A DNA stretch of 57,730 nt, filler included, from Sphacelaria rigidula (lineage: Eukaryota): assembly GCA_964200075.2 (NCBI GenBank). It is 5 parts of 5 records of this genome, joined end to end, with 100 filler letters (N's around TTAATTAATTAA, not from the genome) between each part and the next. Parts side by side here need not be neighbours in the genome. Positions count along the whole stretch, not along the records: positions 23,136 to 34,601 come from CAXNAA020004892.1; positions 34,702 to 46,166 come from CAXNAA020004893.1; 3 more parts are not named here. The stretch is one strand, 5' to 3'. Position 1 is the first letter of the stretch. Every line of letters begins with the position of its first letter. Shown piece by piece: positions 24,107-37,607 of the stretch. A program made the translations under genes and the position numbers. The notes below the pieces were generated by a model. It was given only the letters and a program-made list of their open reading frames with translations, ran no database searches and had not been told where the DNA came from.

Positions 24107-27100
24107 TCACAGGCGTGCCTCCAGAGCTGTGATGTACTCGTCGACGGTGTCGTATTCGTTAGCCAACTGCTCCACCACAGCCGGGGTAAATCGCCCCGTG
24201 CACCCCTCGTCGTCGCCCACAGCACTGCGGGGAACAGCGCGCCGTCCTTTCTTCGGCGGTGACGGGAACTCGGAGAAAATAGCCCGCAGACGCTCGTCCT
24301 GCGCCGGCTCCAAGTCGTCAATCTGAAAGTAGTGCAGTGTCATATCCCGGGCGGCCGGGTACCTGCTTGAGGTTTCACAGAGAATACGGACCGACGTCAG
24401 CGGGCGGGGTGAGGGGCGGGAGGAACGACCGACGGAGCAGCCTTCTGCAGTAGTGCGGTCGCAGTCAGGCGGCGTAATGAGCCAAAATCACTCACCATGT
24501 GGAGAAATTGCCGTAGCCCGAAACCATAAGGGAAGTGCCACCTGATTGCAGGCTACGGCGGGGGACGGTCTTGTTGGGGGTTATCAAACGCGACTTGACT
24601 GGCGATTGTCACCCTACAGGGGAGAGTTGGCCGTGCGTGAGCACAAGCAGGTCCGATACCATAAAGCACATATACCAGTACGACAGGACACTGCATCCGG
24701 CTGGTGCCTTTTTTTGGCTATTTGTGTGTTTTCAAAGTTCTGGTGATACGCTACCCGTTGTTCTTGCGTTGCAGGAAAAACACAACTCTCGGTCAGACCT
24801 CCTGTCATGCTGCCTATTCTCATCAGACTACTTATTTGACGACGATTGTGTTTCCCACGTTCTCCGACATGCTTGTACCCAGTATCCGGTGGTGGGGTCT
24901 AACCGCATACCGTTCGGTACATGAAACCCAGACGGAGAAGTGGTGAAAACAGATGAGCGTCATGTATTTGATCACCAGCAGACTCACACCGAACAAGAGG
25001 AAGCGAACGAACGAAATTGGCTTGAATGGTACTCCATGGAACGAGCAAACGACACCAAGCCAATGTTAGCAACCATCAATGCCATAGCACGACCCCCCCC
25101 ACCCCTTACTCCCACTCTACCTCCGTAAATCACAACACGTGATCCCTGCCGCGAATCGACCGCACGAGAATCCAGACATGGGGCATCACCTACGGCTCAT
25201 TATACTCTTAAGCGTCTGTTTCGCGTGTGCCTGTGCTGATGAAAGCAGATGAGCATCTTCGAAATATTGCGGGGGTAGTGATGGAACACAAAACCCTGCC
25301 TTGTCGTTAGCAGGAGCTCCGAGTGAAGCGAGTGGCCACAGACGATACCAAAACCCGCCTTACCACGTAAATGGTTATGACAACCCAAAAGCACGCATCG
25401 CATCGCTCGATCCCCCATAGTTGGTTCTCTGTTATTGCGGGCCGACTGTTCCATTATCATCATCAGTAACCACGCAGAACCTTCTCCTGTCGCACTGCGT
25501 TATAGCTTGCGGCCACGGCGCCCTCTCAACTCCCGCCGGAGCTATTAGATTTGGTGTGTCTCGCCATTCGCGGAAGCAATGGTACTCACGGCGTTAGATG
25601 GCAGACGCTTGCTTTTAGAGTTTCAAACCCGATATTTGGGCTACAGAGGTACCTCCTCTCATGGCGATTTGCGTGCCGATGTGCACGTAATCACGTGAGG
25701 CCCAAAGGACTGGAGTGAGCTAATCAGCTCGTCGGAAAATTCCTACTGGGTAAACAGCAGCCAACAACGCAAAAAGAAAAACACTCACTTCATGTACCCA
25801 AGGTATATCTGCTTGTCGATACGCCCGGGTCGGATAAGCGCCCGATCCAGCCTCTGCGGGTAGTTAGTGGTCATTATCACGATGCGTCCGGGGCTGTCGA
25901 CCACGCCATCAAGCACGTTGAGAAGCCCCTGCGCGCACGTAGCATGGACGTTCAATGTTGATCGAGTCCGGATCGCCAAATCAGCATAGATTGGCGCAAG
26001 ATGACGTCAAACGACGTGAGGTGTTTGATGTGTAAAAGCGCGCAAAAACGTTTCCGAACACCACCTACCGGCATCGGAACTCCGATGAATGCATCGCGCT
26101 GCAAACTCGGGGAGGTCGAAGGCGCGCAGACGGACCCAATCTAGGCCTACTCTTTTGTCAAAGAAGCAAACTCAATGGCTATACGCTTGGACGTTTCGGT
26201 CGAGATGACAACAACAAAAACAGGGCAATATTTGGTTCTTCCCTCGGCACGCGCTTACCGAAAGATTCAGCTTGTCCGTCTCGCTCTTCCTCTTCTTCTT
26301 GATGTTGCCATTCGTGCCTCGGGCGAGGTCGCGCCATTTCTTCCCTTCGGCGAAGTATACGTCGGCGGCCTGAGAGGTCATGCCGAAGTAGCGGCCGCTC
26401 TCCTCGTCCGAGTCGGAAGACTCTACTTCGCTCAAGTCCAGGACGTCTCCTTCGCTGTGAGAAACTTTCGAGGAGCTGCCATCGATTTTTCCGGAGTCCC
26501 CGCCAGTTCCGAATAATTCTCTCCCACTTTCCCATACCCCTGGCGGCGTAGTATTGTTGGCAGGAGAGCAGTATTTGCGATTGTCGCTCTCGCCCTCGTG
26601 GTTACCGTTGGCGCTCTCCAACTTTGTGTCCTGTGTTGCGACGAGCGTCACTTCCCGGTTCATTTCCGCGCCTGTGCTCCCAACCTCTTCTCTGGTCAGG
26701 GGGGGTCCTTGTACCCATGATGGCACCGATGACCCAAACAAAGGTGACGCCGCCACCACTGCCGTTTGCGCCTGCAGTCTCGAGCAGTAGCTCAACGATG
26801 TCGCGTTCTTCACCAGAGCTGCGGGATCCTTCTGCCCGAATGCCGTCGCCATCGGCGGCGTGGGAGGTGTTGCCGAAACAAAGTGCGGCCTTGCCATTTC
26901 TCGTGCCGCCTGTCGTACGGCGTTTGCGAGGCTTGGTTGTTGGTGCGAACGAGGAACATTTATCTCTCTCTCTATTATATATATGTATCTATATATCGAC
27001 TCTTAGCTGTTGCTTCCGAGGAGAAAGGATGGCTGCTCAAAGGGAGGAGGTTGACACCTACAAAAACAAATATTCACGAGTACGTTACGATCGTTGTAGA

Positions 27101-30100
27101 AGCAACCCGGGCACGGGATAAGTCGATCCCACGGAACAGTTTATTCGTGGAGCTTTTGTGTGCTTTGTGTGCACGCATAATTTAATGAACGCACCTCCAC
27201 AGTAGTGGCCTTCTTCCCTCGCTTCCGCTTGACGCGGTGTCTCTCGCGAACGATCCGGGAGCCCGCGTCGACGTCCTCCATGACAAAGATCACGTCCTCG
27301 AAGCCCAGTGACACAGGCCGAGTATCGCCCACTATGGCGTAGTTCTGGTCGAAAACGATGTCCATGAGATCCTACAAAATATAGGCGGAAGGGATGGATG
27401 TGGAGAGAGTCACGATCTTATCCACGCACCGGCGTGCCCACTCACCGACGCACGGACGCACACCGAAAAACTGCCACCTTACACCGGTATACGCCCGCTG
27501 GGAAAAACATAGGCTAATGAAGCGCTGCGCGAAGGCGTGCTACCTGATTGGTTTTGATGCGGGAAAGGGGCAGATTGACGATGTTCCTGCGCGTGTGGTG
27601 CGCCAGCGCCTTGATCATCGACGTCTTGCCCGTGCCAGGGGGGCCGTGCAACAACAGGCCGAACTTGTGGGGGTACCCCTCGATGGCATACTTGCCTGAC
27701 GTACAGGACCCGCACATTGAGGCACGAGGGAAGGCGGTGAGGAGGGAGAGAGAGACACTGTTATATGCTATGCATGAAAAAGTAACGGTACGTAGCAGCG
27801 CAGTCGAACCAGTGGGGGGGGGCATGTCTGCTCGAGGACATTTTTCGGGTACGAGTTGTCATGCGTGAAAGAGACAATGGCACTGCCGTTTACGCGCGGG
27901 AGCCATACCGTGTGGAGACCTGTGGACGATTGGAAGACGTTCATCTCCAAAGGATCTACCCCGCAGATGTTCGCGCCCACTTACTGCTTGTTGTCCAGCA
28001 AACATGTTTCCCGAGCAAGATTTGTTTTTCACTTGTTTGTACGTGGATCGTCCAATCATCGCCAAGCTCCAACTTCGGGGGGGCGCTCACCGCTTTTCTC
28101 CTCGAAGTGCCGCAGAATCCTCAGGAGATCCTCTTTTTCTGGGAAGAAGAGGCTGGAAAACGTTTTGTTGTCCGACAGCTGGTAGCGTTTGTAGCTGCGC
28201 AATCAAGCAATCGACAAGCATTGTCATCCATCGTGCTTGTCAACCGCCGTTGTAAATGAAGAGCTGCTGCATGTGTTCGTTAGCAGAATAACACATAACC
28301 GTTGCGTTCTATCGTATTGGCGTATAGCGAGATCCTCCCGAATTCTAGCTGTCAACCACAGAGACACTGCAGATACACCTCGCCTCACACAGCAGGAAAA
28401 AAAAATGACCAACCTCGATTTTTTTTTTGCATTCGGTGAGACCAAGTATTATCACCAGCAATTCATCGAAAACACGCAAAAACAAGCTGCGGGGGACACT
28501 GGGGCGCGTTAGAGTGGATAGACATAAAACCCGACACATTTGATGCCAGGCTTGATGGTGACGACTCACGAATGACCCCCCGATGTGGCTTTGGCGCCAT
28601 ATCCAGTGTTCGGGAGTACAGGGCCGCCCTGCAAGATTAGGTTGTACTGGTGACGAACGTTGCTCTCGACGGATTCCATCATCTTACGGTACCAGCTGAA
28701 GGCCTTCTGGATGAACGCCTCGATGCGTTCGTCTCCGTCTACCTCGGAGCACATGAGCTTGTAGTTTTTCTGTTGCCACTCACAAAAAATACGAAGGCGG
28801 ACGGTGCACGCGGGATACAAACCCATGGAGTTTTACATGCCAACCAGGCCATGGGAGGAAGTGAATCATCATCGTCGCCTTTTTTGTATCGCATAGTAGA
28901 GTAATTGACTTCACGGCTAAGCTGCCAACGCACCTTTTCCCTGTACCCCACTGTGGGGCGCTTGCCACTCGACCTTTGGCCTCCGTTGCTCGAATCCATC
29001 TCGAAAATCTCCACCTGCAGAAACACGGTGGGCTCGACCTCCACCCACTTGAAGTTAGGAGGAACGAAATCGATCTTGTAGGCCTTCAGCTGCTCGGCGA
29101 TTTTGGCCTGCACCTACGCATGACACGTGCGCCATACACGAAGTGGATTCACGCGACGCAATTTCAAAACGCGCACACAAAGACATGGTAAATACAAGCG
29201 TCGCCCAAAACACGGGACTCTAGATTTTTACGGTGGAAGCTCGTACTCGCAATGTGGGGAGGTGCCGCAGGATCCCTCTCGAATGCTACACGACTGCTAT
29301 CACAAGCCATTCAGGCGAGGCACAATCAGAGGCGGAAAGCGAGATTGAGTGTACTCTCCACCGATTTTCCCCATCACATCGCGTTTCACGGTTCCGCCTC
29401 ACCGTCATTCCCGGTTGAAGGGTGCGGTCAACTGGGTCCTTCAACGCGCTCAGCATAACCAGCGCGTTATCTAACTTCAGATCCAGCTAAACACACCAAC
29501 GGTTGGTGGTGGCGACAGGATAGCGGCGGCAGGAGCGCGACAGCAGTAGGATCACGAGGCGTCAAAGGGGCAAGACGTGAGCAACTCGGATGGGGAGGGT
29601 GTGTGGCAAAGTATCATTTTGTCGGTTTTGCGGGAACACATGGTGACCGATGACGTCGACGGTGCCGTGGTCGGATATATCTCTGTAAAACCCACCGGCA
29701 TAGGGGGAACTCCACAACAGTTTAGACTATTATGTCTAGATGGAAAAGGTTAACACGAAAAGGGTCGGACACAAAACCCCACGTACTGATGTTTTATATG
29801 TTCATGTTTGGGTTGTTTGCGCTGCGTACGCGTGCAACAAAGGAGCAGCATTACTGTCGGGGTGGACACTGTCAATACATTGACGAACGGTGAATGTATA
29901 CATACTCGGTGACCGATAGCTTGTCGATCAAGTGCGTGGAGATGACGGGGGAAGATACTTTCCGACTATTTAGGTACCTGTCCGATGTAGAGAGAGATTG
30001 CCTCCTGGAGGACGTAGTTACGCTGCCCGTTGGCGATCCTGCCTTCACCGAGGCCCTCCTGCCCTGACATCCGTCCCTATCACAAGAAGTTATCCAGCGA

Positions 30101-32636
30101 TGGGGACAAGGTGATTTAGGCCATTCCTTTCACGAGAATGTCACTTCAAATCGTCGTTGAAAGCAGCAACTTTTTTTCGGACGCGCTTGGCACCAGTAAA
30201 GCACACTCGTTCATACTGCTTGACACCGTTTTCACCTATTACAAGCGCACCGAGAGTGTCTCAGGTCGTCTGACACAACCATGATAAGCCCCTGATTCTT
30301 GTGGAATCAAGGCACCCTCCCCTTCCCCCCTCGGCTGGCGAAAACCCGACGTAGTCCATCCCGGCTTTGTAGGGACGGACCCCCGATGGGGTTGGCGTCG
30401 GTTGGTAACGACGCTGTAAAACACACCACTCGCTGGGTAAGCTAGGCAACCAGGTTACCGTGTTTCTTGCGCGCTTGCGTTTTTTTTTCGATAAGCATTA
30501 TGGTGGTCGAGCTAGATCATTTTGTGCGGGTTGGGAGAACCTCACCTCCGCGCAAACGGGGATGATCATGCTACGTGGGTTTAAATGGTGAGACATCAAT
30601 GAGGCAGTGTGATACCCGTAGCAATCTGTGGAAGTGGCGATACCAGAAAATGAAGCAACTCATCGAAGGTTGACATCCATATGCAAGATTACCAGTACGC
30701 TTCGGGCTGAACAATCTTAGCAGGCTGCAGCCACCCCTTCATGCGACTTGCCGAATACATCACGGCGCTTCGCGCTCGGTGATTGATGCGAGCCTGGTCC
30801 GGCGAAAACACGGCGTCCTCCGTCCCGGCGTTGTAGGGATACGAATTCAATAGTCATATGATCACGGCATGCAAGATCACTAGTACGCCCCCCCCCTCTT
30901 CCCCCCCCCCGTCAAAGGTTGGCGTCGGTTGGCAACGACGCTGTAAAACACATCACACAGTGCGTAAGCAGGCAATCAGGTCACCGTTCTTTTCTCGCTT
31001 GCGCTTTGTTGCGGTGACCACGATGGTGATCGCCTGAAAATATATCGTATGGGGTAGAGAACCTCAACTCCGCCAAGAGGGGATAAGAATACTATTTATA
31101 GGCGGTGTTGAAATGGTGAGACAATCACGAGGCAGTGTAACCCGTGGCTGCCTCTGGGGGTGGCGATACCAGAAAATGAAGCAACTCAATGGAGGCTGCC
31201 ATCCATACGCAAGATGATTAGTACGTTTCGAGCCGAGTAATCTTAGCGGGGTGCAGGTCACCCCTCATGCGACTCGCCGAACACACCACGTTGCTCCGCG
31301 CTTGGTGATTGCGAGCCTGATGCGGCGAAAACCCGGCGCGCTCCATCCCAACTTTACTGGGGTGCGGGGGCAATGGTGGTATGATTCCGGCATGCAAGAT
31401 CATGAGCACACACACATACCCCTCCCCTGTCCTCGAATCACTCCAACCACAAAAGATTGTTACGCATGCGACCAAGCAGCAGGATCGTTTCCTTGAGAGT
31501 AGCGGCACCCGGCCGATAAACTCATGGAGACCCGTGCTCGGGCGCTACCATGATTGTGCCGAAGAAAACAACGATATCGGTGATCGCTGGAACAAACAAA
31601 AGACGCCAGCATGATCCGACCGCGCGCAAATATTGATAGTTGAACGCACGACATTAACCTTCAGGTATGCAGAATTGACGGGCGATGATATTGTTTCTGT
31701 GATTCCACTACTTCGAAACATTGCCGTCGCGGAAAATGCAAGGAAACAACAATGAAGCTATCCAACGAATATCGATTAGCTGTGGGAGTGCTGGGCTACA
31801 TGCCTCAAAAACCTATCCCGGGCTGGTAACGGGGGAGGGAAAGTGGGGGGAGGGGGGAGCGAACGTTGGTAAACACGAGCTGTTGTCCGAAGTGTACGAC
31901 CGACACTAGAAATATGACGGGCTGCTTTACAAGCAACGTTATCTAAACGTGGGCAATAAAACAAGGCGACGGCGCATGCACGCCGTACGTCTTTTACCAG
32001 CGGCAGGCTAACCGTCACGAGAGACGTACTGTCGATACTTTTTGCGCACTCCTGTAGAGGCACCTGTTCGTAGTGGATGGTGCGATGAAACGTTGAAAAA
32101 AATGGTTTCCTTCTCGACCCGCGGTTGAGTATGAAGCCGTAGATCACAGGCCACAGTCTGTCCCAGAGCTTCTGCAGGCTCTTCAGCACAAGTGGGATGC
32201 ACATAGCGATCATCATGTCCAGAACCACGTTGCCAGTCCTCATGGCGTTAATCATCCCCACCTGCGGTTTAATGGACGGAGTGAGATTCGGGACTTTTTG
32301 GTGGCACAAAAAGCGAAACAAAAAATAACCTGAGTATTTCAGGTTGTCCTTAACCGTTACTACAGACCCCAAAGCATTCATTCTCCGTTTCAGCTCATTG
32401 TCGCCAATGCATCACTTTGTTGGTTGCGTCTCGTGTGCGGTTGATCCTGCAGGCAAGATCCCGATCTCGGTCGAGTTGAAACATCTAGCTGCCCGTCGGC
32501 AAAAATTCAGTGCTTGTGCGTACGTACATGTAAAATGAGTAGAGCCCAAGGACAAAGTTCTGTGTCGACAACAACATCGAGTCCCTGAGAGACTCACGAC
32601 TGTAGATATTTCGTGCCATCCCATTGGCACCAACAT
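24107..32636 (-). CDS. BCS1-like AAA+ ATPase with N-terminal hydrophobic segment, ~759 aa
   Basis: Hand-spliced exons, GT-AG and phase-consistent: 32636-32598 (first exon, least certain), 32261-32064, 30076-29978, 29486-29403, 29113-28934, 28769-28570, 28194-28091, 27695-27544, 27371-27195, 26909-26259, 25928-25789, 24362-24107 (2280 nt). Walker [15 protein letters not shown], Walker [46 protein letters not shown]-terminal FTPAVVEQ. Confidence 0.9.
30332..31409 (+). mobile_element. Two tandem ~500-560-bp long copies of the poly(C)-associated repeat (A-C-body-A-B') in an intron of the AAA gene
   Basis: GGTTGGCGTCGGTTGG.AACGACGCTGTAAAACACA at ~30390 and ~30918. Colinear bodies (e.g. GTGGCGATACCAGAAAATGAAGCAACTCA). 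Both end GGCATGCAAGATCA..AG.AC and are separated by a C-rich tract at 30888-30910. Confidence 0.85.
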
Positions 32637-34601
32637 GGTCGAGGAAACAGAGACCTCACCATGCTAATCTGATGATTTGCGGAAGGGAGGGACGGCGCAA
32701 GATCATGCCGAGTCCTAATGGCGTAAGAACTACCGTACATCAAGTTATGACACGCATTATCCACACCCGCCATCTCGTCGCGACGGATGGTCTTGCTGTG
32801 ACGGTCTTGCAAAACTTTCTGCGTTTGACCTTTTGGGCATGATCATCCTGCCACAAACGAGCCACAAGCTCGCTGTGGGCACTTACGGGCTCCTGCGTAT
32901 GGCCAAGACTACCTATGAAGCACGACGATAAATTTCCAGTCCGTTCTCAATCGTACGGTGAGATAGTTGGATAAAAAACTAGAGCGCGGGAAGGCCACAG
33001 ACTTCATGGGAAACGCGGCACCCCCCCCCCCCCCCCATCACCCATCTATGGCTCTGAGGGATATTTTCTTGCCGCGACACAGACTTTTGTACACGTGAAC
33101 GGTAGTTCGTCACGCCCCGCCGGCACAAGTCCACCATATATATACATATATACATATAAATAGGGCCGAAGTTCATGAGAGTATGTCGGCGCGTGCATTG
33201 CGCCAGGTTTACTGTGTGTTTATGTGGGTTCAACTCTGACACGGCCTTGAGCATAGCTTTCCGAACGCTCGAGGTGTCTACCCCATATGACCGCTAAGTC
33301 TACGGGTAATGGGCACACAAACCTCCTCGCGAGGTAGGTGTTGGGTGACGTTTCCTTCTTCCTTCGGGGAAAAAAAAGAAACACCATAATATCGATCAGC
33401 CTTCATTCATCTATTGAGCGCACAGGCCCCTGGTTGAAAAATAAATGGGCAGCGTTTTTTTCTTTTTTCTGGGGGGAGGTCGGGAAAGTTGTATTCGGCG
33501 GATAGACAACGCCCGAAGAGAAGGGACGTGGTCACGCGTATGCAAATCGCGCGTCATAGTTAGTCGTGTGTCAGGTACGATCAGCAGCGACTGCCGTTTC
33601 GGGACAACAGTAAAAACGCATCGAGCTAACAGTAGTACATGCACATGCTCGACGCGCACAGGTGCTGCTAAATAGCTGGACGGCGTAGCGTATTTGGTTT
33701 GGGGGTAAACGTGCTGTACGCAGGGCATTCGGTGTGGTTGAGTCGTGCTTTGGTTTTGTGCTTGACATTTGCGGGAAATTCCCTCTCACCCCACATACGC
33801 AACCTGAGCAGGAGGGGGACGAGCTGACGTACAGACAAGCGACGCGGCTGGAACGACAGCGGTTAGCTTATCCCCCTCACAGATCTCTGTTGTCTGCAAC
33901 TGCGGCGCGAGAATACTCGGATCTCCATCGTTGAATGCTATGATAGCAACCGTGGTGGGTATCAAAGTTGTGGCGAGGGTAGCCATCGTCCTGACACTAT
34001 TCAGCCCGGCAGGGCAAAAACGGAGGGCAAGAGCGTCCACCCGCCTCGCTCAACATGGCAACGTGCTCCTGGACGCCTATTATTAGTCTTGGCAAAAATG
34101 ATATTCCTGCCGAGAGCCCATGTCCTACCGGCTTTCATCTACGCCTACAAAACTCATTCTCCAAAACAGGCGAGACTGTCAGCGGACAACATCGTGAAGC
34201 AGAATCCATGGACATTCCAATTATCACATATCGACAACGGAGAGTTGTTCTTTCGCAGGATAGATTTCACGTTCAGGGAAAGTTGAAATCCACGAAACAA
34301 CTAGAAATGTAGCCCAACCTCGCCTCAAATAAATTTCCGGGCCTGAGCCCAAAAATCTGTTTTTCAAAGACGTGAGATTTCCACGAACGAACCGGTATTG
34401 TGTTCTTCCTTGTGGGGCTTGTCTATTACGCTGAGTAGTAAAGGGCCGTGCATGTCATTGGCCGTCGACTAAGGAGTATTGGCCGATCAAATTTCCGGGG
34501 AGGTTTTCGGGGGGGGGGGGGGGGGGGGGATTAAAAAAAGGGGGGTCCCCTTTTCCCTTTTTCTTTTGGGTGAAAAATTTAATACAACCCCCCCCCAAAA
34601 A

Positions 34602-34701
34602 NNNNNNNNNNNNNNNNNNNNNNNNNNNNNNNNNNNNNNNNNNNNTTAATTAATTAANNNNNNNNNNNNNNNNNNNNNNNNNNNNNNNNNNNNNNNNNNN
34701 N
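34602..34701. other. Assembly spacer (N44-TTAATTAATTAA-N44)
   Basis: Same 100-bp spacer. Confidence 0.97.
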
Positions 34702-34761
34702 GTACTCATTTGTTGCTTGCCTTAGTCATTTGACCATTGACCACGCATCCCTTTCGAGACG
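34702..34761 (-). repeat. Poly(C)-associated repeat, module B copy at a contig edge
   Basis: GTACTCATTTGTTGCTTGCCTTAGTCATTTGACCATTGACCACGCATCCCTTTCGAGACG followed by a G-run; identical to the 13715-13774 copy. Confidence 0.9.
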
Positions 34762-34874
34762 GGGGGCGGGGGGGGGGGGGGGCTTTTGACAGGGAGATGG
34801 GGGCCTGTTTGCAGGACAGTCGAAAAAGCATACCAAGTCAATATGTGTGTTTGAAACTTTCCCAAGGAAAATTA

Positions 34875-37290
34875 CGAGCCGAGAAGGAGGCCCAAGAGGA
34901 GCGGAGTGACCATTCTGATTAGTTACGGCTATCAAAATGGTCATTTTGTTCCTCTACAGGTGGAATAAAGGTGGACTACTTCGCTGTCTAGCCGTATTTC
35001 TCATTATCGCCCTGACAATTCAAGAACGGATTTTATGGACACAAACGACCTTTTACTTTTCTCGTGATCTATGCCGCCTGCCTGATCCCTCATGTGTTGC
35101 CAGCATAGCTTCACACTGTAGTGTTGTAAGACACTAACCAGAGACACCAGCAGAATGCAGTAGGCTATGTTCAGTGGAGAGCGATGACACGCTGACTGTT
35201 TCTTGCCGTTGTGTCCAGCGGAGACATAGAGCACACATACTTACTCTGCACGCGATTGACTGCAGGGTCAAGGCCGAGCAGGTGTTCTCCGGGACTATGT
35301 TCTACATAGATGCCAAACATCCACATATTCATGAGAACGGCGTTTTGTGTAGCGTTCATGGCGGAAGCTGACGTGACGTGGATTGATGTGGGGTTATTTT
35401 TTTCGCAGTGGTTGGCCGCAGGTTGTGCCGCAAAATGTGCGATCGACCAGCGTGCAGTCCTGAAATGCACAGGTCAGCACAGCATTGACTGTGCCACACC
35501 CTGCGGCACCGTACGTACCGTACAATACGCTTCATTGCACCTGCAGTACTTCGATCCACCATGCGCACCACAGGGTACTGTAGTGCTGTGCAGCGTAGAG
35601 TAAAGCCAGTGCAGTACAGAGAGTGCAATGCAGAACCCTGCAACTGAGAGTACATCTCGGTACGGTGAACTACAGCGATACCGTACAGACAGTTGTACAG
35701 TCGTACAGTACAACAGTACGCAGCACTTTCGAACAAAAGGCAAGGCCGCATTGTGACGATTTCCCAACATGGCACCCATAACGGTGGTGAAAGAAGTCAC
35801 GATCTCTAACGGAATGGCGATGTAGCTGGGTGTAGCACTGCTTGTGCGTTGTAGACTGCGAATCGTTCACATCGTCTTCTTACAGCTGAAGCTGGCAAAT
35901 ATAAGGAACTGCACCCAAGGCGACGGCGTGTGTCCGCCGAGCATTCGAATTTTCACTCAGCACAACCGAGCGAATGCTGATACCGTGGCAGCGTCAGGGA
36001 GGTTTCCTTATTGCGATGCAACGCGTTTCTACTTTGTGAATGGTCCCTCGTGAAGAGCATGACAGTTGTGATGGATGTCCCACTTTGTTTGCTAGGGTGT
36101 GTTGATTTTGAACTGGCTGTGATCATGGTGATAAAGGTGGGCGTTCTTCTTCGTTCCGCTACGGACTCTGAAGAGGCACAACGGTTTTCAGAGTAAAGTG
36201 GTGCAAACGGCACTCTCAATGTGAAAAAATCGCTCTAAAAAATGCATCACAGCGGAAAGTACACCGTTACCGGCTATTTTTCCTTCCACTCTGACTCTAA
36301 GATGAGAAAAAATGTTTCCCGAAACTCTCTGTTATTGAAAAGTAAACATTAATAAGCCAGGAACGACGCCCGAGAGGAGCGGAAGGACCATTCTGACCAA
36401 TCACGGCTATCAAAATGGCCACATCGTTTTCGTATAGATTGACTACTTCGTTGTCTAGCGTACTTCTCATTATCGTCATGACATTTCAACCATAGATAAC
36501 ATGTGCACAAAAAACGTGTATGTTACTCTGCTCGTGGTATTTGCCGTCTGCATGACCCCCTCTTGTTTTGCCAGCTTCACACAGTAGTTTTGTTGTGGAA
36601 CACTAAGCACAGACATTGACGGCATGCAGTAGACTGTGTTCAGTGGAGAGCGATGACACACTGACTGATTTTGCCGTTGTGTGCAGCGAAGACATACAAC
36701 ACACATTCTGACTCTGCACGCAATGGACTGCAGGGTCAAGGCTGGTCAGGGGTTCTCCGGGACGTTTCTCTACATAGATAGATTGATTGGTTGATTGATT
36801 ATCTCACATTAGCTGATTGCAACAATCCAGCCCGTGGTCAGGAGCAACAAAAAAAAAAAACAGAATAAGAAAAAAGGAAAGGAACAGAAAAAGACAGAAG
36901 CAACAGTCACATGTAGGAAAGAAGAGAGGAAGCAGCGACAACAACAACAACAACAACAGCTATGACAACAGCTATGACAACATACACACAAACACAACAA
37001 CACAACGAGCTGATTATCTCGCATTACGTTGCTGATTGCAACAATCCAGCTCGGGATCAGAAACAGAAAAAGATGGAGAAAATGAAGAAATGATAAATGA
37101 AAAAATGAAAGAGGAGAATAAAATGTAGAGAAGGGAAAAGAAGAGACAAAAAGACAGAGCCAGGCTCGTTTCCGGGGCGGGGGGCAGGGGGAGCACAGAC
37201 GGTACGAGAAAAAAACAGACAAGGAACCACCAGGAACATACCCAACATCCACATGTTCATGAAAAAAATTGTTTGGTGTCGCGAGAAAAC
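34875..37290. repeat. Diverged ~470-bp direct repeat (34875-35350 and 36355-36780 + 37237-37290)
   Basis: Shared blocks GAGGAGCGGA..GACCATTCTGA, ACGGCTATCAAAATGG, TGTTCAGTGGAGAGCGATGACAC, GACTGCAGGGTCAAGGC and CTACATAGAT. Copy 2 is split by a ~460-bp microsatellite-rich insert and resumes at AACATCCACAT.TTCATGA. Confidence 0.8.
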
Positions 37291-37607
37291 AGCTGTTCTG
37301 AACCCCAAATATGGCATGGTATATGTGTCCATCTGAGGGGGGTTCGCTGTCCAAGTGTTAGTCGATCTGCCCTCATTATTTTCGGAGATGAAGATTTTCC
37401 CCGAAAAAATCGAAATATTCCGGCAAAAAGACAGATTCGTTTATGATAATATTCTTCGCGGTCAAATCGCGGTCACTTTTGTCCCTGCTTGCTGTGTGGG
37501 CTCTGCGTACATCACCCCACTGTACTGTACAGCAACACACATTTCAACTGGCATCATCTCGTCGACCTGTCACTTACAGCAAGACAATCTTTGTGTGACG
37601 CAATAAC

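Noticed and set aside
30780-30815. Hammerhead ribozyme in module A (TGATGCGA-GCC-loop-GGC-GAAA)
   Set aside because: The CUGANGA core is not intact, other copies have GAGA rather than GAAA, and stems I/III with an NUH site could not be built.
24107-32636. Endogenous giant-virus origin of the AAA ATPase
   Set aside because: The gene has 11 spliceosomal introns and no neighbouring viral-type genes, so it looks like an ordinary host gene.
33734-34312. Possible missing ALG1 exons or a decayed transposase
   Set aside because: No ALG1 or DDE motifs recognised in the frames examined.
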